A stretch of DNA of 64,000 nucleotides from Rhizodiscina lignyota (lineage: Eukaryota). The notes under the pieces were generated by a model. The model searched no databases and was not told where the DNA came from. It worked only from the letters and a program-made list of their open reading frames with translations. This document shows, piece by piece, positions 48,880 to 60,311 of the stretch; the first letter of the stretch is position 1; each line of letters opens with the position of its first letter. The DNA is taken from the NCBI GenBank assembly GCA_010015805.1, contig ML978126.1:372001-436000 (forward strand). The letters run 5' to 3'. The position numbers were made by a program, and so were the translations under genes.

Positions 48880-50731
48880 AGAAAAAGAAAGCCAATTGAA
48901 GATCACGGAACTAACAAAGCACGCGGGCTATACTGAGATCTTCCTGCTGAATTTGACAGGGGTATCCAGCTCGGGGAGGCCCACTGGCAGAATTGGGCCT
49001 TCTTCTGATGATCTGCCACGCTGAAAATGGCTTGTATGGGACTTTGCCACATTCATTCATTCGGTCTTTCCATGTCTGAGAGGATCTCCCAGCCAGTGCG
49101 CTCTCTCCTGATTTCCTGTGTGATTCGGACATATCTCCAGGGGTACTCTTTCTATCTTTCCCAGCGCTCTGCGAGCGGCGCTTCGTCTGGGTCTCCTGAG
49201 TGCCCTCGGGATTTATCGGGAACGATCGCAGTCGCTAGGCTATTGTTGACAATGGACTATACGTCGAGCTCGCCCGGCTTTTGGTAAGAAGCCTTCATCT
49301 CTAGTGGTCTGCGCCAAAACTGGTTATTGTCTGTCCAGCTCAGGAATACACAACGTGATAATACGTTGTGGGATCTTTCCTGTCCACTGCTTGAGACTTG
49401 ACTGGCCCGCGGCTGCTCGCCAAACCAGAATCTATCTCAAGGCAGATTCTGGCCCTCACACCCCCAGGGCCGCAATCGTTTTCGTCGAAGATTCTACTCG
49501 GTGGTCCGGCTTCTTACTATCTTGTTCTACCACTCTTAGCGGTATATGAGCCGTCTCCATACCCTCAAACCATTGAGGGACTGTTAACTTGACATCTTTT
49601 GCCATAACCACCTGTATGTCGGTTGTAAGAGGCCGTTGCAGTTTTGGTTGTTCTGTTGTTTCAAGCTGGTGACGGCGGCTTGAGCGTCGAGCAGTGTCGT
49701 AAGCTATACGATTCTTGTATCAGATTCTCTTGTTCTTTTCGAGTCTTCGAAGGAGAGAGACTCGGGTGCGAGACACCCTGCAGTCGCGGTCTTGCAGCTC
49801 ACGAAGGAGAAGTTATTCAATCCCGGTCGAGTGGTGTGGTTGGTTTGCCTCATCCCAAGGAGTTTTCATGGTGTGGAGAGGATCATGAAGGTCAAATGAC
49901 GAATGTGTCAACTCTCCGCCGGCTCGAGATACTCTATTGCCTGCGCATCTGGTGTTGCGAGGTGTCTCTAGGGTGTGGTCCCGATGTTTGCTGTTGCGGA
50001 TTTCGTTGGGGGATGTTCTTTGATACATTGTTTTGTCGTGTATCCATGGACGATAAGGCCTAGAAGAGCAGTGTCACAACGGGGCTCGACTAGTCCAAGG
50101 GAGGAGTACTCTTACGATTCACGGATGAAGCTGGATTTGGCCAAGGTCTGCTAGACGCGTTGACGCTGGCTGGCAAGACCTTTGGCGTCCACGTTGGCTT
50201 GGCACGCCGCCTTGATAAAAATCCCACAATCAAAATCGTACCACCGCTCGTTCTCCACACCATAGCAACAACAACGAGCTGCGTCGTTTAACTTGCAAGA
50301 GCTCTCAACTTCACGACGAACAATCCCCCCAGACATCTCTTTTGCTATCGAAGGGGTGGATACCATCCAAAGCACACCAGCCATCCACCGAGTACTCCGT
50401 CGCAAAGCTTGAACACGGCAAGGCAACTTTCTATTGCTCTTTGCCTTGTACGATCTTCTCAACTCTACCCTTGACGACAAGCTCCACAAACAGCTTGCTT
50501 GAGACGTACCAGAGCAAGCTCGCGGTTATCAAAACTACCAGCTTTTCAGTCTCGATACCAATCTCGATTTCACAGCTCGACATCCTCCACCACTTTTTGC
50601 CACCATCAAGAAACAACAATTCCACTGTCCTCGCCTTAAGAGATCAGCTCGAGTCTCCTGTGAGGATAGAGTTTGGTTCTACGGTTGCTTCCGCCGCAAC
50701 ACCATCACGAAAACATCGCTCAATCACTACG

Positions 50732-51589
50732 ATGGATTCCACTACAATGGATTCTCAGTCCCTTGCCGTCGGAGACCTTACTGGCCCTGCTACACAGGCA
50801 ACAGCACCAGTAGCAGTGCGACCAACACTGATGACGCTTCCCACCGAGGTTCGACTGGAGATCTACAAATATCTGTTCCCACCACCTGACATAACGGTTG
50901 TAATTGACAGGCGGCAGGGTATGACATCTTGCAATTTCCGGTACCCAAACAATCAAGATGGTTGGCGATTATGGGGGGCAATACCACAGTACCTCTTCAA
51001 AGTTTGCCGCGTCATGCGCGCCGAAGTTCACGAAGTTTGCTAGTCGAAGAGAACGGTTACCATCCTAGGAAAGAGAAGGTGCAACGGGGTGGGAGTGAAG
51101 AAAATCCGCCGAGACATTCGAGACATGATCACAAAGCTGTGCATCCAGACGCACACCTGGCACTTCAAGCCATGCAAACTTCGCGGAGCGCCTCAACTCA
51201 AGCCCGGATTCGTCAACTTGAAGCAGTTTCTTATCGCCCTGGACACCGGTTGCCTCCCAAAGCTCCAGCATCTGATTATGCGCGTTTCGATGAACTGCGA
51301 CAAATGCCACGACCCGTTCGCCTGGGGTGAGAAGCAGATCACGGACCTCACGCGGGAGAATGTGTGGTTCTCGAAGGCTGTGCGGGTACTCGGGAAGCTG
51401 AAACCTTTGAAGGAGTTCGAATTGCATCTGAATGATTATGACAGCAAATATGTGGAGGATAGCCCGAACGTATTAGGAATGCTTGATAGACTTAGGCTAC
51501 TGCTGCTCTTGTTCGAGAACACAATTCGTGTTCACATTGGGATGCCGCAAGTGGAGGAACCACGACAGATGGGAGAGATGCAGTTTTAG
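50732..51589 (+). pseudogene. F-box-like paralog of 44323-45174 interrupted by one in-frame TAG (51041-51043)
   Basis: TLMTLPTEVRLEIYKYLFP; ORFs 50342-51043 and 51089-51589 are in the same frame; the stop aligns with Trp of the paralog. Confidence 0.7.
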
Positions 51590-51989
51590 CCTTAGAGCTC
51601 ATTGGGCATCATTGTATCAGTATAAGTAGCTGCTGAAACCCAAATGAACATACAGAAATGCCTAAATATATACTCCAAGTCCTCATGTGACACGTTCATA
51701 TACAATTGGCTCTTGAGCCTCTGACGAACTAGATCTACGATCAAGTTTGAAGAGGGCATCCTAATATACTAAACTGTGCACAAGGTTCAATAGAAGAGAG
51801 CAGAGTCGACTCGCATTTGAACCTATTCAAATCAATCGATGTACTTAATCACGATTCACCAAGCGAGCTTAATTGAAGCGAGCAACGTTTACATGGTGAA
51901 GGTGAATGATTCTATAGTTGCTACAGAAGCTACAGTTTCCACCATATACCTTTAACCATCCAGGTGAGGACTCCATCGTCACCGCAGAC

Positions 51990-53626
51990 TCAAATCACGT
52001 AGTTCTTGAATTCTCGTGTTGAAACCTTCCGCTCAAACATGATATCGAGTTCCTCAAACGTCCTGCCTTTACACTCCGGGAGGCGGAAGTAGCACCAGAT
52101 ACAGGAAAGCAGCGAAATACTTCCGTAAATCAGGCCAGTCTTGGCACCCAAGTTCGCTTCGGTGTTGTCGAGAAGATACGGCGAGGCGACATTGTAGACA
52201 ATGCCCAGTGAGGAATAAGCGATGAGGGCAATTGCAACGGTATGTCCACGCAGCCGAGTAGCTGAAGTCTCGGAGAAAATGACGTATGCAACGGGCCCGA
52301 CAGTAAGGAAGTAGATGAAGAACCAGACGAGCAGGAGTGCCGCCTCGGCGTTGACGATCGAGGGATGATTTGGCGCAATACCAATGAATCCGATGAGCAG
52401 CATCAGCAAAGTAAGCGTACACAGGCCGCCAAAGTAGAGGGTTCGACGTCCGAAGCGCGGGATGAGGAAGAAAGAGCAGCACGTTCCAACAAAGCCGAGT
52501 CCTGTCATTCCGACGTTGAGGTTGAATGCCTCGTTCGTCGGGAGACCCGCAAGCTGGAAGAAGACGACAGCGTAGAAAGGTAAGGAAAGACCACACAATA
52601 TCTGGATGGCCCAGGCCATGGCAGAGATTTCCGTGCGGCGGAGGTTAGTTCCCTTGAAGCAGTCCCAATAGCTCGTCTCCATCTTGTAGCTCTTTTCACG
52701 CATATTGGTCCGTTCGATCAGAGCCAACATCTCTTTAACGTCGACCTTCTGAGATTTCCGAATCAACCGTCGCAATGCGTTCTCAGCTTCAGTGACCTTG
52801 CCATGGCGGACTAGCCAGTAGGGCGATTCAGGAGCCCAGAAAATGAACGTGCATATTAAGACTGGCCACATCCACTGTATTGCAAAGGGGATCCTGTAAC
52901 CCCATTGGGTAGCATTGGACGCCATCCCGGCAAGCACACCAGTGGAGATAAATTGCCCAGTTGACCAGCACAGGTTGACATACGCAGTGAGAATGTCACG
53001 CAGCCTCAGTGGGCATATCTCGGACGCGTAAGTGGGCGCCAGCGAAGTAAGGATACCCCACACTACACCACACAGCATCAATCCAACCATAAGGACAGGG
53101 TTGCTTCGAGCGAAGAACGTAATGAAGGTGAATGCTGCCACCAAAACCAGGCAGATGATGAGAGTCATCTTGCGGCCGATAATTTCTGAGACAGGTCCCT
53201 GAATGAAGCCGCCCAGGACACGTCCGACAGGAGAGCACATAGCAAAAGCAGTTTGCCATGCTGCTTTGACAGTGTATTGTCCTTGGTACTCAGATCCGTA
53301 CTGGCGTTGAAAGGCGGGTAGGCCATAGAGATTGGTGATGAGGTTCGAATCTTAATTGTATTAGAGATCCATCATCAAGTCGCAGAACATTACGAACCGT
53401 AGCCGTCCATAACGATACAAACACAGAAAAGCGCCGACCAAACTACAGCCATCGAGTAGATGCTGAAAGCTTCTTTGACGGTGAGGCTGTGCTCGACATT
53501 GGTAGCTTCATTTGCGACATCCTCGAGCTTTACAATCTCAGTGTTTTTGTCATCCTCACTCTTGGCTGCAATGCTCGACTCAACCTTAGGCTCTTCAGCG
53601 ACGTTGGTGTCAATGTTGGAAGCCAT
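51990..53626 (-). CDS. MFS sugar porter (maltose/alpha-glucoside permease-like), 2 exons
   Basis: Intron 53351-53397; IGRKMT, PTYASEICPLRLR, APESPYWLVR, RRTEI, FGRRTLY and PECKGRTFEELDIMFERKV. Confidence 0.92.
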
Positions 53627-53693
53627 TGCAGCTCATTAAAGTAGGAAAGTGAAGATCGATAATTTCCTTATAGTCAATAGGATTCAGATATGA

Positions 53694-53813
53694 CCCCAGA
53701 TATGCAAATCCCTTTCCCCAGGTTTCCCCCAGGCCTGACCCAAGCTTATATGTGGGGCCTTGAAGTTCAAGGGCAGGGACCATGCACGAAGATAGTTCCG
53801 GGGAAAGTTCCTG
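53694..53813. promoter_or_regulatory. Bidirectional promoter segment with five CreA-type SYGGRG sites and two GAWANYTCCKG motifs
   Basis: CCCCAG at 53694, 53716 and 53727; GTGGGG at 53752; CCGGGG at 53798; GATAGTTCCGG at 53791; GAAAGTTCCTG at 53803. Confidence 0.55.
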
Positions 53814-53931
53814 GATCGAGAACAATGCGAGCGCGATTGCTAAAGTGAAACATCGAGAGGAGTATTTATCCGTCCGTTCATAGAGCTCAATTCATATGGT
53901 CTTTGTTACTGCAAATCTCTAAAGTTTATCG

Positions 53932-55074
53932 ATGAGCTGTGTTGAATATCGCACTCCCATCGAGGTGAAAATGGCGTCTGAACCCGTATTATCGCTGGCG
54001 GAGCTTGAAAACATAGCGCTGGATCGAGTCAACAAGATAACTCGGGAATACTGGACGAATGGCGCTGGCGACAATTCTACAGTGCAAGAGAACAAAGTAG
54101 CATTCAACCGTTATCGAATTCGTCCTCGAGCGCTGCGCAATGTTCAGAATATCGACATGTCAACCTCTGTCCTCGGCCAAAGAGTGAGCCTCCCGATTGG
54201 AATTGCTCCATCTGGATGGCATAAGATGGCAAATCCTGTAGGCGAGGCGGGGACAGCTCGAGCCGCAAAGGCATTGGGGACAATGGTGGCGGTGTCTATG
54301 GGGACAGCAATGGGATCCACTCCGGCAGATGTATGCTCCCCAGAAGAAGTAAAATCGGCAGGCGGTAGTGCAGTCAAGTTCTTCCAGCTCTATGTATTCA
54401 GGAACCGAGAATACACGAGGCAACTGCTCCGCCGCGTGGAGAACGCAGGGTACGGAGCTGTCATGTTGACCGTTGACACGGCGCACGTTGGCAGACGCAT
54501 CTCGGAGATCAGAAATCGGCCAAATATGCCACACTTCCTTCGTACTATCAGCTTTGGATCTCAATTACAGAAGGAAAATCCAGACTCCGCTGACTTTACT
54601 ATCGATGCGAGCCTCGAATGGAACGAAATCATCCCCTGGCTACGACGCAATACCAAGATGCAGATCTGGCTCAAAGGTATCCTTTCCGGAGACGACGCTG
54701 AGCTCGCAGTCAAGCATAAGGTAGATGGGTTGATTGTGAGCAACCACGGTGGGCGGCAGCTTGACGCCTGTATCGCGAGCGTCGACGCCTTACCAGAGGT
54801 CGTAAGGGCTGTTCGAGGTGCTGTTCCCGTTCACATGGACGGTGGTATACGTAAAGGCTCTGATGTTTTCCGCGCCCTGGCGCTCGGTGCGGCCTACGTA
54901 TGGATCGGACGTCCTGCTTTGTGGGGACTGGCATATGATGGAGAACGCGGGGTAGAGCTTGTGCTGAAGATACTGCAGGAGGAATTGAAGATCTGTATGG
55001 GATTAGCAGGCTGTTCATCCACCAAGCAGATCAACGCAAGCTTCCTCGTCCAAGCTAGGGATGCCATGTTATGA
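53932..55074 (+). CDS. FMN-dependent alpha-hydroxyacid oxidase/dehydrogenase without cytochrome b5 domain
   Basis: RIRPRALR, PIGIAP, FFQLY, LTVD, LKGI, VSNHGGRQLD and DGGIRKGSDVFRALALGA; start may be ATG 53971. Confidence 0.93.
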   Translation: MSCVEYRTPIEVKMASEPVLSLAELENIALDRVNKITREYWTNGAGDNSTVQENKVAFNRYRIRPRALRNVQNIDMSTSVLGQRVSLPIGIAPSGWHKMANPVGEAGTARAAKALGTMVAVSMGTAMGSTPADVCSPEEVKSAGGSAVKFFQLYVFRNREYTRQLLRRVENAGYGAVMLTVDTAHVGRRISEIRNRPNMPHFLRTISFGSQLQKENPDSADFTIDASLEWNEIIPWLRRNTKMQIWLKGILSGDDAELAVKHKVDGLIVSNHGGRQLDACIASVDALPEVVRAVRGAVPVHMDGGIRKGSDVFRALALGAAYVWIGRPALWGLAYDGERGVELVLKILQEELKICMGLAGCSSTKQINASFLVQARDAML

Positions 55075-55213
55075 ACGACTCGGCCTGTTTTCTGCCGAGA
55101 CGCGGCAATATAAGAGGAAATGAGCTCCGTCTTTTCGCGTCCCACTCTTGTTGCGCCTTCATCGAGTAAATTCTTCCGATTCGATGTCTCTGTCTTCAAC
55201 GCAGAGATGATTG

Positions 55214-57577
55214 ATGGCGAGTCAGTATCGGATATCACGTAGCTGGTGCGTGGCCTCAAAGATTAGAGTAGATCACTTGTTAACAGTGTCCGAACAGTGA
55301 AATCTGCCGAGTGGCTCATGCAAAATGTGCGTCAAGCTTGAATGTGCCGAGCATGGGTGGGGATCCCGGAGTTTTCCCAAATTAGGGGCTTCAGCCACCC
55401 AATTTTGGGTACGGCTGCCCCGAAATACGGGTGACTCGTGGAAGCCAAACACACCCTTCCAACTTCAGCGTGTCAGCGCATGAAAATGCTCATGTTTAAT
55501 ACTGAATTTGCTGTGCGTCCATACAGGCGATGCACGACAGCCATCTTGCACCAGGTGTTCACTCTTGAAGCGTGAATGCATTCGAGCTCCTTTGCATCCA
55601 TTCCGATATAGCAACAATCCCAAAGAGAGTTCTGGAGAAGATGAGTTTGAATTTGCTGAAGATCAAGTCTGGCTGACACCTCCAAGGACCGGTATGCACT
55701 TACCATTATCGTGATTAGACAGCGTCAGGAAGGACTAATCTAGGTGCTTTAGTTGAATTCGTGTATGAAGATCTCTCGGATGTCCAGGCCACATACGAGG
55801 GAACATCGAGGTTAGAGCAGCAACCGTCGAATCAAGACACCTGGAGAGAGGAATGCCCAAGACCCGACGGTCCTCAGTCTCTTGAGAACAGCCCGACCGC
55901 AGCACGTCCGAGGCCTAGCCCACCAGAGCTTACCACATTGGACCGACCTGCCCCTACATTTCCTTCAGTATGCCCATCTGGATTGACACCAGGACTCTCC
56001 ATATGGTCTCCCGAGCACAACAACGGGAGCTTACAAGCACCGAGTGGCGTCTCTAACGAAGTCACGCACAGCACCTCAGTTTCCCCTTCTGCTGCACCAC
56101 ATCGGCCATTGGCGGATGAGAATGAAGCTCTATTGCTACGCCATTTCATTGCAAAGCTCTCTCTATGGGTCAGTGGCCTTACACGAACGAGTGACTCGGT
56201 TTATGAAAGCAAAGCGCTGACTTTTAGGCAGTTCGACTACTGTGATCCGCAAAACTCATTTGCAACCTCAGTCGTGCAATGTGCAGTCACTTCCCCTCCG
56301 CTCCTGTATGCTATTCTTGCAGTTTCCGCACGGCATCTGAGCGTAACGGATGGCTACGATGGTTATGTGGCGGATCAGTACCATCGAGAGTGTCTCGCTT
56401 TGTTAATCCCTATCCTCGACGACAGAATCGCAGCTCTTGACGAGGCACTGTACGCCGCAACGGTTATCTTGCGCCTCTATGAGGAAATATCAGGTGAGTA
56501 TGAGCAACACCGAAAGATCGCTGTTTGTTTGCTCGAGCTCACAAACTGTGAAAGTTCCGCTCGTTGGGCAGGACAGCCAAAGCCACTTGATGGGTTCACA
56601 TACATTTGTGCGAGCCCACGACTATAACCAGCTGTCCGGTATCCCGCAAGCTACATTCAGAGTAGTACTTCGACAAGAGATCGTTGTCGCCTTTAGGACC
56701 CAAAGACCAGTGCAACTATTGCGCGAATACGTTCAAGTTGATCGCTCTATGGATCAAACGGATGACTGGACGTGGGTATTCCACATGCTCGTCCTCTGTG
56801 CCGAAGTGTTGAATTACTGCTATGGAGACGATCCAAAGACCCCTGAAGCCTGGCATGCGCTCGCAGAACGTGCCAATACCTGGTTTTCCTCCAAGTCGGC
56901 ATCTTTTGAGCCGATACGTCATGTCCGGGCCAGGACATCTGAGACCCAAGTGTTTCCAGAAATCTGGTTCCTCAATGATTGCCACGGTAAGTGCGCTATC
57001 TTTTCAGAATGGAACGCAAGTGAGAAATTATCCTGCTCACTGTCCTTTGTAGTTGCGGCTCATCAGTACTACCGTATATGTGAGATCTTGCTTGAAGCTC
57101 ATGATCCAAGAAAGCCGCAGTTGGGTCCAAAGAGAGCTGATGCTGTTGATGCCACTAATGTGAATGCTCTCTCATCAAAACTGTTCGGACTGAGCTGATG
57201 CCGTTATAGCGTGTCATCCGCGAGCACGTTAGAGATATATGCGGGATTGCCTTGTCAAACACTCATTGCGTACCGGCTATGTTTACGTGCTGTCTTGTGA
57301 TTGCAATATGTGAGTTTCTATCTAAAGAAAAACAAGCAAACTACAGCTCATACGTTTCGTCTTAGGCGGTGACCTCTTTGAAGACTATTCGGAGCAAAAG
57401 GCGATGATGGACATCCTGATCAAAACGGACGTGGATTTGGCATGGCCGACAGCCAGTGTTCAAACCTATCTCCGAGAGAAATGGCATTGGGATTGCGGTA
57501 TGGAACGCAGTCTCCCATTGCCATATGTCTCAAGCAAATTGACAGAAGCTGCAGTCCGAATCCCCGAACCCGTATAG
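55214..57577 (+). CDS. Zn(II)2Cys6 transcription factor (ArcA-like), about 9 exons
   Basis: Exons 55214-55245, 55298-55326 and 55527-55691 give MASQYRISRSCEICRVAHAKCDARQPSCTRCSLLKREC; downstream EALLLRHF..WFDYCD..LLYAILAVSARHL..AATVILRLYEEI..FPEIWF; stop TAG at 57575-57577. Confidence 0.85.
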
Positions 57578-57684
57578 CGTCTATACTTTCGTGCTATGAC
57601 CGACTGCTCTTACATCGCCCCATGGAAAGTCAAAGCAAACCTCGGCGAATGGCTTGAATACCGGCCGCAATCAAACGACCTCCC

Positions 57685-58802
57685 TCAAACCCCGTCGCCA
57701 ACCCTGAACTGGTGGGACCATCTCTAAATATCCACATAAGCCAGTGTGCTATACGGAGTCGGAGAAGATCATGACGCACCTGATCCCAAGGTCGAGAAGA
57801 GTCGACAAACCGCAAATCTGTTGCAAGCCGTATGACATGATCTGGGTCATGATTCACTGTGGACGCGTGAATCTGAATGAAAATCAGTCATCAACTTTGG
57901 ATCACAGAATCAGTCACATCTGAGAAAGATACCTGATACGGGCTATGCAAAACGACATCACCCGCCTCATAATTGGATACGAGCCATCGTTGGCCATGAG
58001 CGCGTCCGAATTGGGCAGGGCCGTCAGTGAGGACGCCGCTCGTCAGCATGTTCTTATTGAATGCTGACTTCGCTTCCTCATCTGATAGGCCGCTTGCTTT
58101 AGCTTTCAGCGTGAATTTCTCCTCAAAGTCCTTTCCAAGCGCATGACCTTAAGCAGATTTTAGCCGAGCTTTTCTAAACGACTACGACGTACCGTTTTCA
58201 AGATACATTAATCCTCCGCCGTTAATTTTGATATCACCCATGGGTACCCAGACCGTTACACTCGTCGGTTCTCCGTATCGAAGGAATATCTGGTCATAAT
58301 GCACGCCGATAGCCTTAGTGTCTGGGATGTTATTTCGAAGCAGGGTTCTCTCGAGCCGCCGAGTATCTGTCGACCATCCTGTGAAACGAGCCATGAAATC
58401 CAACAGCACGGGATGCTTGCAAAATTTATCTGCGTACCAATCCTGACTGTGGGCGTCAAGAGCCAAACTGACGAAATCGGCTCCTTGTTGTTCGTCCACT
58501 CTCCCCACACCGATGCCCGGGAAGAGCGTTACGTCTTTTGCAGAGTCGAAGATACCCGCTACGGGTGCAGTACCGTCTTTTAATATACCGCTCGGGGAGA
58601 GGAACTTAAAATAATCTTCGCGGACTTGCAGAACGTCCTTTCGTGGTAATAGTCCTTTCAAAAATAGGTATCCATCGTCTTGAAACCGTCTCCGGAGTTC
58701 ATTTAGTGGTAGGCTTGGATCAGACGGCTTTAGACGAGCTATTTCCGAGGGCTCCAGAGCGCCATCATTCGCGAAAAGCTGTTCCTCAATTGCATGCGGC
58801 AT
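57685..58802 (-). CDS. Phytanoyl-CoA dioxygenase (PhyH) family Fe(II)/2-oxoglutarate oxygenase, 4 exons
   Basis: DGYLFLKGLL, HxD (VHYDQ), TVWVPMGD..GGLMYL, YEAGDVVLH, distal His IHAS, IRLATDLRF; ends RWSHQFRVGDGV*. Confidence 0.88.
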
Positions 58803-59202
58803 CTTGTTCGCTCAAATGTTCGTTAGGAGGGCCTGAATCCCGGTGATACTTTGAGAGACGAGGAAATGAGGTTATATATCATTCGCCGAATGCAATATAC
58901 ATCGAAAAGATTGCAGAAATCCATATATAGAAAATCCCCTTTTCCGTCGGAAGACCTTTGTCCAATGGCGGGCATTTATCAATGCTGGAGTACTGGAGTG
59001 TGGGGTTCACGTCAACCGTAGAAAATTCCTGTATTCAGACAGCACGGCAGAGCTTCCGAGCAAAAGATTGACGGGCTCTCTCGCATAGCAATTAATCCGA
59101 GAGACTCCATGTATGACAACATGACGTGAAATGATAAGTACCAAGCTTTTATCCAGCTCAATGTCTGGGGTAGTAATAAGGGAAAGGTCCCGCAGTGGAA
59201 AT

Positions 59203-60234
59203 ATGACGAGCAATGAAACGCTTCTAATCACCTTGCCATTCGATCCATTCGAGGAGAGCTACGCAAAGCTCAGAGAACTCCATCCAGGTCTGCAGATCCT
59301 GCATTACAAGACAAAGGACATCGATATTGTTCCACCCGAGATCTGGGCAAGTGCCACAATCCAGCTCACTCTCTATCTGTTCCCACAGCGCAAGGAGCAA
59401 GTGCCCCGGCTGAAATGGGTGCATTTGTACAGCGGCGGAATCAATCAGGCTGTCAACGCGCCTTTGCTTCAGGACAAGGACATCATTTGGACGCGCAACA
59501 GTGGAGTGCACGCACCGCAGATAGCAGAATGGGTGGTAGCAATGCTACTGGCGTACTATCGCCAGATCCCAACGCTACTGAAATGGCAAGAATCCGAGAC
59601 TTGGAGAGCGCAGGATTACTTACCACGCGGGGACCTGTATGGGAAGACAATAGGCTTTTTGGGCTACGGAGCCATTGCTCGACACACTGCTCGCATTGCT
59701 GCTGCGTGCGGCATGCACGTCATTGTGTATACACTACATGAGAAATTGACCGCGGAGGAGAGACAGAGCGATACATTTACCCCCAAGGGTACAGGCGACC
59801 CTCGCGGTGAAATTCCCGAAGAGTGGCACTCCGGTGACTTGAACGAGTTCCTGTCGCAGCAGATCGATGTGCTCGTCATATCGCTGCCCTCAACCGACAA
59901 GACCAGGGGCTCTATCGGGAAAGAGGAGTTCGCGAAGCTCAAAGGAGCATATATTATGAATATTGCGCGGGGAGATATCGTTAAGACTAACGACCTTGTT
60001 GAGGCACTCAATGATGGCACACTCCTCGGTGCTGCTCTGGACGTGACAGATCCAGAGCCACTGCCATCAGGCCATCCGCTTTGGCGCGCCAGGAACACCA
60101 TAGTCAGCCCACATGTTTCTGGAATCTCCAAAGAGTACATGCCCCGCACAATTGAAATCCTCGATGAGAACCTGAGGCGGCTGCAACAACGGAAAGAACT
60201 GATCAACCTGATTCTACGATCAGACGGGTATTGA
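59203..60234 (+). CDS. D-isomer-specific 2-hydroxyacid dehydrogenase
   Basis: SGVHAPQIAEW, GFLGYGAIAR, NIARG, AALDVTDPEPLP and SPHVSG; upstream in-frame ATGs exist from 59131. Confidence 0.92.
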   Translation: MTSNETLLITLPFDPFEESYAKLRELHPGLQILHYKTKDIDIVPPEIWASATIQLTLYLFPQRKEQVPRLKWVHLYSGGINQAVNAPLLQDKDIIWTRNSGVHAPQIAEWVVAMLLAYYRQIPTLLKWQESETWRAQDYLPRGDLYGKTIGFLGYGAIARHTARIAAACGMHVIVYTLHEKLTAEERQSDTFTPKGTGDPRGEIPEEWHSGDLNEFLSQQIDVLVISLPSTDKTRGSIGKEEFAKLKGAYIMNIARGDIVKTNDLVEALNDGTLLGAALDVTDPEPLPSGHPLWRARNTIVSPHVSGISKEYMPRTIEILDENLRRLQQRKELINLILRSDGY

Positions 60235-60311
60235 TTCAGGAGTATGGAAACCAAACTCACAAGCATAGAAGTGTACATAGACTCAGTCTTATGCATTCCT
60301 TACGAGAGCAC

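Noticed and set aside
45427..50340. Short ORFs and coding-like fragments between the F-box-like genes
   Set aside because: No transposase, reverse transcriptase or other motif recognised; cannot support a gene or pseudogene call.
51035..51068. Intron removing the premature TAG
   Set aside because: It would be 34 nt, frame-shifting and without a good branch site; the paralog alignment runs through ungapped.
55327..55526. TPP riboswitch in the structured TF intron
   Set aside because: Lacks the CUGAGA and GAUAA..CCAGCG-type conserved aptamer motifs.
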